NCBI GenBank assembly: GCA_030390025.1
Contig: CM059432.1
Coordinates: forward strand, 56,546,001 to 56,610,000
DNA: 64,000 bases
DNA from: Squalus acanthias
Taxonomy: Eukaryota
Direction: 5' to 3'
Shown piece after piece: positions 24,947 through 36,624 of this stretch. Within the stretch, counting starts at the first letter, position 1; every line of letters starts with the position of its first letter. Below the pieces are notes generated by a model. It saw only the letters and a list, made by a program, of their open reading frames with translations, had not been told where the DNA came from and made no database searches. Both the position numbers and the translations under genes were made by a program.

Positions 24947-27427
24947 ATTGGCAGGGAGGTGGGCACCAGCATATAGAAGTAGAAAAGAGGAATAAGGTGC
25001 ATAAAGGAGGGAGAGTGTTGAATAGTACTAGAGAAGGAAGTAGTACCATATTAGATAGGAGCAGACTAAGAAGGACTATGAGGAATACAAAGACAGGTTT
25101 AGAATGCATGTATGTAAACGCACAAAGCATGATGAATAAGGTTGGTGAGCTACAAGCACAATTAGCCGTGTGGAAATATGATGTAGTGGCAATAACAGAA
25201 ACGTGGCTTAAAAATGGTGAGGACTGGGTGCTTAATATTCACGGGTACAAGGTGTTCAGAAAAGATAGGGAAGGAAAAAAGGGAGGTGGGGGTGGCAGTA
25301 CTGATTAGGGAAGACATTGTAGTGTTGGAAAGAGAGGATGTCCTTGAGGGGGCAAGGACAGAATCCATTTGGTTAGAGATGAGAAGCAAAAGGTATGGTC
25401 ACGCTATTGGGGGTATTCTATAGGCCTCCAAATAGTGAGAGAGAGATAGAGGAGCAAATCTGCAGGGAAATCAGAGATGTGCAAGAACTATAGAGTGGTG
25501 ATATTGGGGGACTTTCCTTACCCAAATATCGATTGGGATAATGCTAGGGTAAAGGAAAAGGAGGGGGAGGAATTTCTGAAATGTGTTCAGGAGAACTTCC
25601 TTGACCAGTATATTCTCGGCCCAACCAGGAAGGAGGCATTACTGGATCTAGTGCTGGGGAATGAGGTGGACCAAGTGTCTGTGGGAGAACACTTGAGTAA
25701 GAGTGATCATCGTATCATAAGGTTTAGATTAGTAATGGAGAAGAGCAAGGAACAATCTAAAGTAGAACTTCTAAATTGGAAGAGGGCTAACTTCAATGGG
25801 ATGAGAGGGGATCTAGCCAGGGTAAAATGGAACCAAAGATTGACAGGAAAAACTAACGGAACAATGGATGATCTTTAAGGAGGAGATGTTTCAGGCTAGG
25901 TACATTCCAACAAGAAGGAAAGGTATGGGAACGAAAGCCAGGGCTCCTTGGATGACGAGGGAGATAGAGAAGATGATGAAACAAAAAAAGAGGGTGTATG
26001 ATGCATGTCAGGTGAATTCTTCAAGTGAGAACCAGGCCAAATACAATAAGTTGGGAGGGGAAGTGAAGAGGAAAATAAGACTGGCAAAGAGAGAATATGA
26101 GAATAGAATGGTAGTTAACATAAAAGGGACCCAAAAATCTTCTACCGGCGTGTAAATAACAAGCGGGTAGTAAGAGGCGGGGTGGGGCCTAGAATATGAC
26201 AAAGAAGGTGATATATGCTTGGAGGCACAGGGCAAGGCATGAATACTTAATGAGTACTTTGTATCGGTGTTTACTAAGGAAGAGGATGCTGACAAAATAT
26301 CAGTAGAAGTAGAGATGGTAGAGGAAATTGATGGGCAGGATGTACTGGAAAGGCTGGATATGCTTAGAGTGGATAAGTCGCCTGGCTTGCATCCCAGGTT
26401 GCTAAGGGAAGTGGGGGTGGAGATAGCGGAAGGGCTTGCCATAATCTTCCAATCTTCCTTAGATACGGGTAGGTGCCAGAGGATTGGAAAGTGGCAAATG
26501 TGACACCCTTGTTCAAGAAAGGGTGTGGTGGGTAAGGTTTTAGGAACAATAATCGGAAAAAATTAACAGGTAACTGGAGAGGTTTAAGTTAATTAAGGAG
26601 AGCCAGCACTGATTTGTAAAAGGCAGATTGTGTTTGACTAATCTAATTCAATTTTTTGATGAAGTAACAGAGAAGGCCGATGAAGGGAATGCAGTGGATG
26701 TTGTCTGTATGGATTTTAAGAAAGCGTTTGACAAAGTACCACATAAAAGGCTGGTTAACAAAATTGAGGCTCATGGAAACATAGAAACATAGAAGATAGG
26801 AGCAGGAGTAGGCCATTCGGCCCCTCGAGCCTGTTCCGCCATTTAATGAGATCATGGCTGATCATCCAAATTCAGTACCCTGTCCCTGCTTTCTCCCATA
26901 TCCCTTGATCCCTTTAGCCTTAAGAAATATATCTAACTCCTTCTTGAATATATTTAATGAATTGGCCTCAACTGCCTTGTGTGGTTGAGAATTCCACAGG
27001 TTCACCACTCTCTGGGTGAAGAAATTCCCCCTCATCTCAGTCCTAAACGGCTTACCCCTTATCCTTAGACTGTGACCCCTGGTTCTGGACTCCCCCGCCA
27101 TCGGGAACATCCTTCCTGCATCTAGTCTGTCTAGTCCTGTTAGAATTTTATGTTTCAATGAGATCCCCTCTCATTCTTCTAAACTCTAGCGAATATAAGC
27201 CTAATCGACCCAATCTCTCTTCATACGTCATTCCTGCCATCCCAGGTTTCAGTCTGGTGAATCTTCGCTGCATTCCCTCCATGGCAAGAACATCCTTCCT
27301 CAGATAAGGCGACCAAAACTGCACACAATACTCAAGGTGTGGTCTCACCAAGGCCCTGTACAACTGCAGCAAGACATCCTTGCTCCTGTACTCGAATCCT
27401 CTCGCTATGAAGGCCAACATACCATTT

Positions 27428-29071
27428 AACATAAGAACATAAGAAATAGGAGCAGGAGTAGGCCAATCGGCCCCTCGAGCCTGCTCCGCCATTCAATAAG
27501 ATCATGGCTGATCTGATCCTAACCGCCAATCTACTATCTATCACAGAACCATCTCCTGCATCTAACAGAATTGCACACACGAAATAGGAGCAGAATCAGG
27601 CTACACAGTCCCTGGGCCCGCTCCACTACCCACAGGGCCATGACCGATCCGAACCTAGACTCATGTCCAAATTCCTGCCCGCTCCCCGTAACCCTTAATG
27701 CCCTTTACTTCCAGGAAACTGTCTATTTCTGTTTTAAATTTAATTAATGTTGTAGCTTCTACAGCTTTTTGTGGCAGCATATTCCATGGACCTACCACCC
27801 TCTGAGTGAAGTAGTTCCTCCTCATCTCAGTTTTGAAAGAGCAGCCCCTTATTCTAAGACTATGTCCCCTAGTTCTCGTCTCACCCGTCATCGGGAACAT
27901 CCTCCCCGCATCCACCCGATCCAACCCCTTCACAATCTTATATGTTTCAATAAGATCGCCTCTCATTCTTCTGAACTCCAATGAGTAGAGTCCCAATCTA
28001 CCCAACCTCTCCTCATATGACCACCCCCTCATCCCCGGGATTAACCGAGTGAACCTTTTTTGCACTGCTTCGAGAGCAAGGATGTCTTTCCTTAAGTAAG
28101 GACACCAAAACTGTATGCAGTATTCCAGGTGCGGTCTCACCAATACCTTGTACAACTGAAGCAATACCTCCCTATTTTTATATTCTATCCCCCTAGCAAT
28201 GAAAGCCAACATTCCATTTGCCTTCTTAATCACTTGCTGCACCTGCATACTAACCTTTTGAGTTTCGTGCACCAGGACCCCCAGATCCCTTTGCACTTCA
28301 GTACTCTCCAGTTTCTTGCCATTAAGATAATAAATTGCTCTAGGATTTTTCCTGCCAAAGTGCATCACCTCACACTTTCCAGTGTTGTATTCCATCTGCC
28401 AAATCTCTGCCCACTTACTTAGCCTGTCTATGTCCCCTTGCAGGTTTTTTATGTCCTCCTCACTCACTACTTTCCCTCCCATCTTTGTATCATCTGCAAA
28501 TTTTGATATGTTACACTTGGTCCCTTCCTCCAAATCGTTAATATAGATTGTGAAGAGTTGGGGACCCAGCACTGACCCCTGTGGAACACCACTAGTTACT
28601 GATTGCCAGTCTGAGAATGAACCATTTATCCCAACTCTTTGCTTTCTGTTAGATAGCCAATCCTCTATCCATGCCAGAATATTACCCCCAATCCCGTGAT
28701 TTTTTACCTTAAGCAATAATCTTTTGTGTGGCACCTTGTCAAATGCCTTTTGGAAGTCTAAATACACTACGTCCACTGGTTCCCCTTTATCCACTCTATA
28801 TGTTACTTCCTCAAAGAACTCCAGCAAATTTGTCAAACATGACTTCCCCTTCGTAAAACCATGCTGACTTTGTCCTATTAAATTATGAATATCCAAATGT
28901 CCTGTTACTGTTTCCTTAATAATGGACTCCAAAATTTTACCTACCACAGATGTTAGGCTAACCGGTCTATAGTTACCAGCCTTCTGTCTACTGCCCTTTT
29001 TAAATAAGGGTGTTACATTAGCAGTTTTCCAGTCTGCCGGGACCTTAGCGGAACCCAGGGAGTTTTGAAAA
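27428..29071 (-). mobile_element. Young 5'-truncated CR1 'C', TSD ATTT, double 3' tail
   Basis: ATTT at 27424-27427 and 29072-29075; (ttcttatg)n tail. Confidence 0.95.
27661..29070 (-). CDS. Uninterrupted partial CR1 ORF2 (RT domain to C-terminus; ~470 codons, no start)
   Basis: ORF 27661..28947 extends open upstream (FQNSLGSAKVPADWKTANVTPLFKKG...) to the 5' junction. Confidence 0.85.
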   Translation of the reverse strand, partial: FQNSLGSAKVPADWKTANVTPLFKKGSRQKAGNYRPVSLTSVVGKILESIIKETVTGHLDIHNLIGQSQHGFTKGKSCLTNLLEFFEEVTYRVDKGEPVDVVYLDFQKAFDKVPHKRLLLKVKNHGIGGNILAWIEDWLSNRKQRVGINGSFSDWQSVTSGVPQGSVLGPQLFTIYINDLEEGTKCNISKFADDTKMGGKVVSEEDIKNLQGDIDRLSKWAEIWQMEYNTGKCEVMHFGRKNPRAIYYLNGKKLESTEVQRDLGVLVHETQKVSMQVQQVIKKANGMLAFIARGIEYKNREVLLQLYKVLVRPHLEYCIQFWCPYLRKDILALEAVQKRFTRLIPGMRGWSYEERLGRLGLYSLEFRRMRGDLIETYKIVKGLDRVDAGRMFPMTGETRTRGHSLRIRGCSFKTEMRRNYFTQRVVGPWNMLPQKAVEATTLIKFKTEIDSFLEVKGIKGYGERAGIWT

Positions 29072-31472
29072 ATTTGCCTTCTTAACCGCCTGCTGCACCT
29101 GCATGCTTACCTTCAGCGACTGGTACACAAGGACACCCAGGTCTCGTTGCACTTCCCCTTTTCCCCAATCTATTGCTGTTCAGAGAATAATCTGTCTTCC
29201 TGTTTTTGGCCACCAAAGTGGATAACCTCGCATTTATCCATATTGGGCAGATGTACGGCAGATGTAGTATAATCACCCAACCTGTCCAAATCATACTGGA
29301 GTTTCTCTGCATCCTCCTCACAGCACACACGCCCACCCAGCTTTGTGTCGTCTGCAAACTTGGAGATATTACATCTAGTTCCCTCGTCTAGATCATTAAT
29401 ATATATTGTGAATAGCTGGGGTCCTAGCACCGATCCCTGCGGTACCCCGCTAGTCACTGCCTGCCACTCGGAAAAAGACCTATTTATTCCAACTCTTTGT
29501 TTCCTGTCTGCCAACCAGTTCTCTATCCAAGTCAGTATCTTACCCCCAATCCCATGTGCCTTAACTTTGCACGCTAATCTCTTATGCGGGACCTTATCGA
29601 AAGCCTTCTGAAAGTCCAAATACACCACATCCACTGGTTCTTCCTTATCTATTCTACCAGTTACATCCTCAAAAAATTCCTGTAGATTAGTCAAGCATGA
29701 TTTACCTTTTGTAAATCCATGTTGACTTTGTCCGATCCTGTCACTGTTTTCCAAGTGCTCTGCTATTACATCTTTTATAATGGACTCTAGCATTTTCCCC
29801 ACTACCGATGTCTCTCTACCACCTTTTTTAAATAGTGGGGTTACATTAGCTACCCTCCAATCCATGGGAACTGTTCCAGAGTCTGTAGAATTTTGGAAGA
29901 TGACCAGCAATGCATCTACTATTTCTAGGGCCACTTCCTTAAGTACCCTAGGATGTAGATGTTCAGGCCCTGGGGATTTATTGGCCTTCAATCCCGTCAA
30001 TTTCCCTAACACCATTTCCCTACAAATACTGATTTCATTCAATTCCTCTCTCTCATTAGACCCTATGTTCCCCGACATCTCTAGGAGGTTATTTGTGTCC
30101 TCCTTTGTGAAGACAGAACCAAAGTATGTATTCAATTCTTCAGCCATTTCTTTGTTCCCCATTATAAATTCCCCTGATTCTGACTGCAAGGGACCTACGC
30201 TTGACTTCACCAATCCTTTTCTCTTCACATATCTATAGAAGCTTTTACAGTCAGTTTTTATGTTCCCTGAAAGCTTACTCTCATATTCTATTTCCCCCCT
30301 CTTAATTAATCCCTTTGTCCTCCTTTGCTGAATCCTAAACTGCTCCCAATCCTCAGGTTTGCTGCTTTTTCTGGCCAATGAATATGTCCTCTCCTTGGAT
30401 CTTTTGCTATCCCTAATTTCCCTTGTTAGCCACAGTTGAGTCACCTTTTTTGTTTTATTTTTATGCCAAACAGGGATGAACAAATTCTGTAGTTCATCCA
30501 TGCGATTTTTAAATATTTGCCATTGCCTGTCCACCGTCAACCCTTTAAGTAACGCTCCCCAATCCATCCTAGCCAACTCGCACCTCATACCATCGTAGTT
30601 TCCTTTATTTAAATTCAGGACCCTAGTCTCTGAGTCAACTACTTCACTCTCCATCTTAATGAAGAATTCTATCATATTATGATCGCTCCTCCCCAAGGGG
30701 CCCCGCACAACAAGATTGCTAATTAATCCTTTCTCATTACACAATACCCAGTCTAAGATGGCCTGATCTCTAGTTGGTTTCTCGACATATTGGTCCAGGA
30801 AACCATCCCATATACACTCTAGGAATTCCTCCTCCACAGTATTGTTACTAATTTGGTTAGCCCAATCTATATGTAGATTAAAATCACCCATGATAACTGC
30901 TGTGCCCTTATTGTACGCATCTCTAATTTCCCGTTTAATGCCATCCCCAACCTCAGCATTACTGTTTGGGGGTCTGTATACAACTCCCACTAACGTTTTC
31001 TGCCCCTTGGTATTTCTCAGCTCTACCCATACGGATTCCACATCATCAGAGCTAATATCCTTCCTTACTATTCTGTTAATCTCCTCTTTAACCAGCAATG
31101 CTACCCCACCTCCTTTTCCTTTTTGCCTGTCCTTCCTGAATATTGAATACCCCTGGATGTTGAATTCCCAGCCTTGGTCACCCTGGAGCCATGTCTCCGT
31201 AATCCCAATTATATCATATCCGTTTACATCTATTTGCGCAGCTAATTCATCCACCTTATTACGAATGCTCCTTCCATGAAGACACAAAGCCTTCAGGCTT
31301 GTTTTTTGAACACTCTTAGTCCTTTTAGAATTATTATTTACTGTAGCCCTGTTTGATTTACACCCTTGATTTCTCTGCCTTCCACTTTTGCTTTTCTCCT
31401 TCCTGTCTTTTGTTTCTATCCTTGCCTACCTTTCCTCTGACTCCCTGCACAGGTTCCCAATCCCCTGCCATT

Positions 31473-32440
31473 TTAGTTTAAACCCTCCCCAACAGCAGTA
31501 GCAAACACTCCCCCAAGGACATCGGTCCTGGTCCCGCCCAGGTGCAAACCGTCCAGTTTGTACTGGTCCCACCTCCCTCAGAACCGGTTCCAATGTCCCA
31601 GGAATTTGAATCCCTCCCCCTTGGACCATTCCTTTAGCCACGTATTCATCTGAAATATCCTTCTATTTCTACTCTGACTAGCATGTGGCACTGGTAGCAA
31701 TCCAGAGATTACTACCTTTTTGAGGTCCTATTTTTTAATTTACCTCCTAACTCCCTATATTCAGCTTTTAGGACCTCATCCCATTTTTTACCTATATCTT
31801 TGGTACCTATATCTTTGGTACCTATATGCAGCACGACAACTGGCTGTTCACCCTCCCCCTCCAGAATGCCCTGCAGCCGCCCAGAGACATCCTTGACCCT
31901 TGCACCAGGGAGGCAACATACCATCCTGGAGTCTCGTTTGTGGCCGCAGAAACGCCTATCTATTCCCCTTACAATAGAATCCCCTATCACTATAGCTCTC
32001 CCGCTCTTTTTCCACCCGTCCTGTGCAGCAGAACCACCCATGGTGCCAGGAAGTTGGCTGCTGCTGCCTTCCCCTGATGAGCGATCTCCCTCAACAATAT
32101 CCAAAGTGGTATATCTGTTTGAGAGGGGGATGTCCACAGGGGACCCCTGCACTACCTGCCTGCGCCTACTACTCTGCCTGGCGGTCATCCATTCCCTTCC
32201 TGCCTGTGCAGCCTTTACCTGCGGTGTGACCAATTCATTAAACGTGTTATCCACGATGTCCTCAGCGTCGCGAATGCTCCAGTATGTATCCATTCGCAGC
32301 TCCAGCGCCGCAATGCGGTCTGCCAGTAGCTGCAGCTGGATACACTTCCCGCACACATGGTCGTCAGGGACACAGGAAGTGTCCCTGATTTCCCACATAG
32401 TGCAGGAGGAGCATGCCACGGGGCCGAGCTGTGCTGTCAT
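31473..32440 (-). pseudogene. CR1 B ORF1p (Zn finger plus SGNH esterase)
   Basis: ACSSCTMWE...HVCGKC; VIGDSIVRG; 15-bp tandem duplication (IGTKDIGTKD); frameshift near 31715. Confidence 0.9.
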
Positions 32441-33924
32441 GACTTACCCTTTAATTAATTTAAATTAAATTAAATCAAATCAATACCACTAATTACACTA
32501 CAATTAAATGATATACTCAAGGGCCCTTGTTTACTCGCACTCCCCGCTACACAACAGAGACCTTAGAAACTATAACCACAAAAATTAAGACCTTCTAAAC
32601 TTCATAAACTATTAACCTTAACTGTCAAACTGTAGAGTAGTATAAATACTCACCTGGCCGTACTCACCCAATCAGCTGCTTCCTCTTGCCCGCGTCACTT
32701 TTTAAATCGTGACGTGGCTTTGGAACGTTGCCGCCGGTCTGTGAGATTGGTAAGCCTTTGTTTAAAAAAAAAAGCCTCCGAAAGTGAGTTTAAATACTCA
32801 CTGTTCTCTCCTGTTGCTCCTGACACTGGCCTCTGGAATAGGAGGGTCAGTGTCAGCTTGGATAAAAAATTGCTTAAGGACAGAAAACAGCAAGTCGTGG
32901 TAAATGGTTGTCTTTCAGACTGGAGGATGGTAGACAGTGGTGTTCCCCAAGGGTCAGTGCTAGGACCACTGCTTTTTTTTGATATACTTGGATATTGGAA
33001 TACAGAGTTAAATTTCAAAATTTGCCGATGATACTAAACTTGGAGGTGTGGCAAACAGTGAGGAGGATACCAATCGACTGCAGCAGAACATAGATAGGTT
33101 AGCAGAATGGGCAAACAAGTGGCAGATGGAATTTAATACAGAGAAGTGTGAGGTGATGGATTTTGGCAGAAGGGATAGAGAGAGACAATGTAGACTTAAT
33201 GGCACAGTTCTAAAGAGTGTGCATTGACAGAGGGACCTGGGGGTTCATGTGCATAGCTCTTTGAAGGTGGCAGGACATATTGAGAGAGTAGTTAGCAAAG
33301 CATATGGGATCTTGGGCTTCATAAGTAGAGGTATTGAGTACAAAAGCAGGGAAGTTATGCTGAACATTTATAAAGCTCTGGTTAGGCCGCAACTAGAGTA
33401 TTGCGTCCAGTTCTGGTCACCACACTTTAGGAAGGAGGTGAAGGTCCTTGAGAGGGTGCAGAGGAGATTTACTAGAATGGTTCCAGGGATGAGGGATTTT
33501 AGCTACAAGGTTAGGTTGGAGAAGCTGGGGTTGTTCTCCTTGGAGCAAAGGAGGTTGAGGGGAGATTTGATAGAGGTGTATAAGATTATGGATAAGGTAG
33601 ACAGAGAAAGGCTGTTCCCAGTAGCTGATGGTACAAGGACTAGGGGACACAGATTTAAGGTTTTGGGCAAGAGATACAGGGGGGATATGAGGAAGAACTT
33701 TTTTACGCAGCGAGTGGTGATGACCTGGAACTCGCTGCCGACGAGGGTGGTGGAAGCGGAGACGATCAATGATTTCAAAAGGAAATTGGACAGGCACTTG
33801 AGGGAAATAAACTTGCAGACCTACAGGGATGGAGCAGGGAAATGGGACTCTGGATTGCTCTTCAGAGAGCTGGCATGGACTCGATGGGCCGAATGGTCTC
33901 CTTCTGTGCCGTTATGACTCTATG

Positions 33925-34320
33925 CGGCAAAAATCCTGTTGCTTTGTGCCTCCCGAAATGGGGCGCTAACGTGGCGCAAAGCAACTAGCGCACGGGCGCG
34001 GTGCCGCAAACACCTTCCGCGAAATTCAGCGGGAGGTTAGCGGTAGCCAGTAGCGCCACACAGTGCTGCGCCTTCGGCGATGTCATCATCGGCGTGTAGA
34101 GCGCCCCGCTCGCGCCCCGGCCGCAAACTTGGCTCGCGCCTCCCCGACATAGCACTGGACGCTATGTCCGATAGGGTCAGGGTGGCCTTTTTGCGGCTGG
34201 GGCGGTGTTAATTAAAGGGCAGGTGCTGGGCGGCCATTTTTTTTGGGCCGCCTGTGAGCACCTGCCCCCTCTCACCTCCTGCTGCGGGATGCCAGCACCC
34301 CGTGTTTAAAAAAAAAAAGC
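33925..34320. mobile_element. CpG-rich terminal remnant of a non-autonomous DNA transposon
   Basis: GC/CpG-rich, short palindromes, gaaattc...gcgg and taaaggg motifs like the other Harbinger-type ends here. Confidence 0.45.
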
Positions 34321-34349
34321 CTGCATTATCAACGTTTGAATTTAGGCAT

Positions 34350-34800
34350 CAGCTTGGCTCAGTGGTATGTCTCTTGCCTCTGAGTCAAACGGTCACCGCT
34401 TCAGCCTCATTACAGGTCTTGAGCACATAATCTAGGATGATACTTCAGTGCAGTACTGAGGGAATATTAAATTGTTAGAGATGCCGTCTTTTGAATGAGC
34501 AAGAAAATGGAGACCCCATCTATGTGTTCAGGTGGATGTAAAAGATCCCGTGGCACTATTCAAATGAGTGTAGGGGAGTTCTGATTATTCTGGCCAAAAT
34601 TTATCCCTCAACCAACACCACCAAAAACAGATTATCTGGTTAGTTGTCTCATTGCAATTGTGGAACACTGCCTAAGTTAGCTGTCGTGTTTGCCTTCAGA
34701 ACAATGACTGTACTTCAAAAATAATAAATTGGCTGTGAAGTGCTTTGGGACATCCCAAGGATATGAAATATACTGTATAAATGCAAATTCTTTTTTTCAT
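34350..34800 (+). mobile_element. DeuSINE-like SINE, older copy
   Basis: tggctcagtgg A box; gtaaaagatcccgtggcacta core shared with 22404-22862; L2-type tail. Confidence 0.8.
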
Positions 34801-36624
34801 TCTAGAATCTTAGAAAATTGCCTCTTCTGTAACCATCTTTCCATTTCTCCCCCACTCGCTAACTCTTTTTGTATCCTTCTCTGTGTCTTTGCCACTTCTT
34901 TGTTTGTGTGTTTGTGTGTCAACATTTATTGGGTTGAAGCCAGGTAAGGAGAAGCAGTCGGGGCTGCTGTAACATGTGCTGGCGAAAGAGACACGCTGGG
35001 ACGGGGGTGGGGGGGAGTAGCTGGGAACTGGCACTCAAGGAGTGGGAGATCTGCATATAGCTGAGATAAAATATCATGTATAGTTTTGTTTTGCACTGAA
35101 GCTGCATTACAGTGTAAATGCAGCCTGAATTATGCGTTGGGGCTGACCTGAAACCTGAGTTACATTCCACAAGTTTAATGTCAGTCCAAAGCTAAAACTG
35201 CTTTGTACTAATGCTAAACTTGTAATGTGAATGCACCATTAAGTAATGCCAGTTTGTATCATCTCAATTCAGTTCCCAATAGACACAAGTACACAGTGTG
35301 AAGCAGCCTATAATCCAGTACTAATGCAGCAGTCTCACTTAGATAATCAGGATAGTTAATACTTGAAATGGAAATGACACATTGGTGCATTTGGAGCTAC
35401 TATTCTTAGCTTTGAAGTGCAGATTGCTGTTTGGGAAGTCTGGACTCCAAAGGGAATTTTGAGCTGCATCTGATTTGTACTGTGTGCACTTTCTGGTCAG
35501 GTATATGCATCATTATTGCAACTTTTGTCAACCCATTGTTCACCAAAACATGTTAATGCTATACAACTGATTCCATTGATACCACAAACTGTATTTGAAA
35601 CATTTGAAGGACCCAGTATATATGCTTTCTAGCTTTTATAGTAAGCATTTCTAATTTTTATAATGTAAATATAAAACCTACATAGTTTCTTCAAAAATAT
35701 ATTAGAAGTATTTTTAAGCAGCTCTCAAGCAGAATCTCTAATTTTGTGAAATATTGTCTGATATTTCTTGGAAAATAGCTGTCTTTCCCTACACCAGTAT
35801 AATCTGTAATTAAAAATAATAAATTGGCTGTGAAGTGCTTTGGGACATCCCAAGGATATGAAATGTACCAGTTTTTCTAGTTATTTTTACATCAGGTAAC
35901 TTTAATAACACAGGATAACTAGCCCTAATTAACATTAAAAAAAACTGGTTTAAAGGAAAATCCTGCATGTAGTTGCCAAATTTAGATCAGAGGGTTTTCA
36001 TCAAAAAGGTGAGAATAATTTGGTGGCCGACTTAACTGATGAAAAGCAGAGACCTTGGAAAAATAAGTTGCATTCAGTTTCTGCCATATTTGTACATTTC
36101 CTTATGTTCTTCCAGGCAATTTGTATCAGCTACAAAAGGTACTGAAATGGATAGTGCTTTCATACCATATAAGAGCTGCACATTATTGAACTTGATCTCC
36201 TGTAGTGCTGCTCAAAGAGAAAAATAAGTGTTTCTGTTTCATTCTCCACGTGTGTCTCTTTATCATCATTGCTGTCTGTTTGTGTGATTCTATTTCTTGA
36301 CATCTACTTTATCAGTGGTTTTTAAATAGTGGTGTGCTCCCCCTCAACATTGTGTCTCTGTGCCTGTCTCTGTCTGTCTGGAGGTTTGGTGCATCTTTCT
36401 GAACGCAGGGAGCATGCATGTGCAGAAGGTCGGGTTTCATTGTCCATACACGATTGGGCCGAATTTGGAAAACTGGAGTAAAACAAGTATTGAAGATAAA
36501 GGATTGAACAAGCTGGATCAAAGGAATACAGTGGAATATGGAGTTAGCCAGTTAGCCTGATGTCAGTCGTCAGGAAAATGCTGGAATCCATTGTTAAGGA
36601 AGTGGTAACTTTGAAAATCATGAT

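Larger units (their letters stand above)
26862..31330 (-). pseudogene. CR1 B ORF2p (APE endonuclease plus RT), interrupted
   Basis: 705-aa ORF 29170..31287 plus 27148..27427 and 26862..27158; small deletions, a micro-inversion and a nested insertion. Confidence 0.93.
26779..32833 (-). mobile_element. Full-length CR1 'B' (~4.4 kb without insert), TSD TGGAA
   Basis: TGGAA at 26774-26778 and 32834-32838; 5'UTR, ORF1, ORF2 and (ctatgttt)n tail. Confidence 0.95.
23790..33923 (+). mobile_element. Near full-length CR1 'A' (~4.1 kb), split at 26778/32834 by nested CR1s
   Basis: 5'UTR, ORF1 24005-24946, ORF2 EN-RT to ...KIEAHG|IGGSV... resuming at 32834; ORF 33249..33917; tail ttatgactctatg. Confidence 0.93.

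Noticed and set aside
27661..31287. Long RT ORFs as a retron, DGR, group II intron or novel RT system
   Set aside because: APE endonuclease, FADD-type RT, esterase ORF1 and microsatellite tails identify ordinary CR1 non-LTR retrotransposons.
29345..32468. Long + strand ORFs (29780..30238, 30842..31279, 31800..32468)
   Set aside because: Antisense shadows of CR1 B coding sequence; similar shadows accompany every CR1 copy.
33925..34320. CpG-island promoter of a host gene
   Set aside because: Short, wedged between repeats, and resembles the CpG-rich DNA-transposon ends elsewhere in the window.
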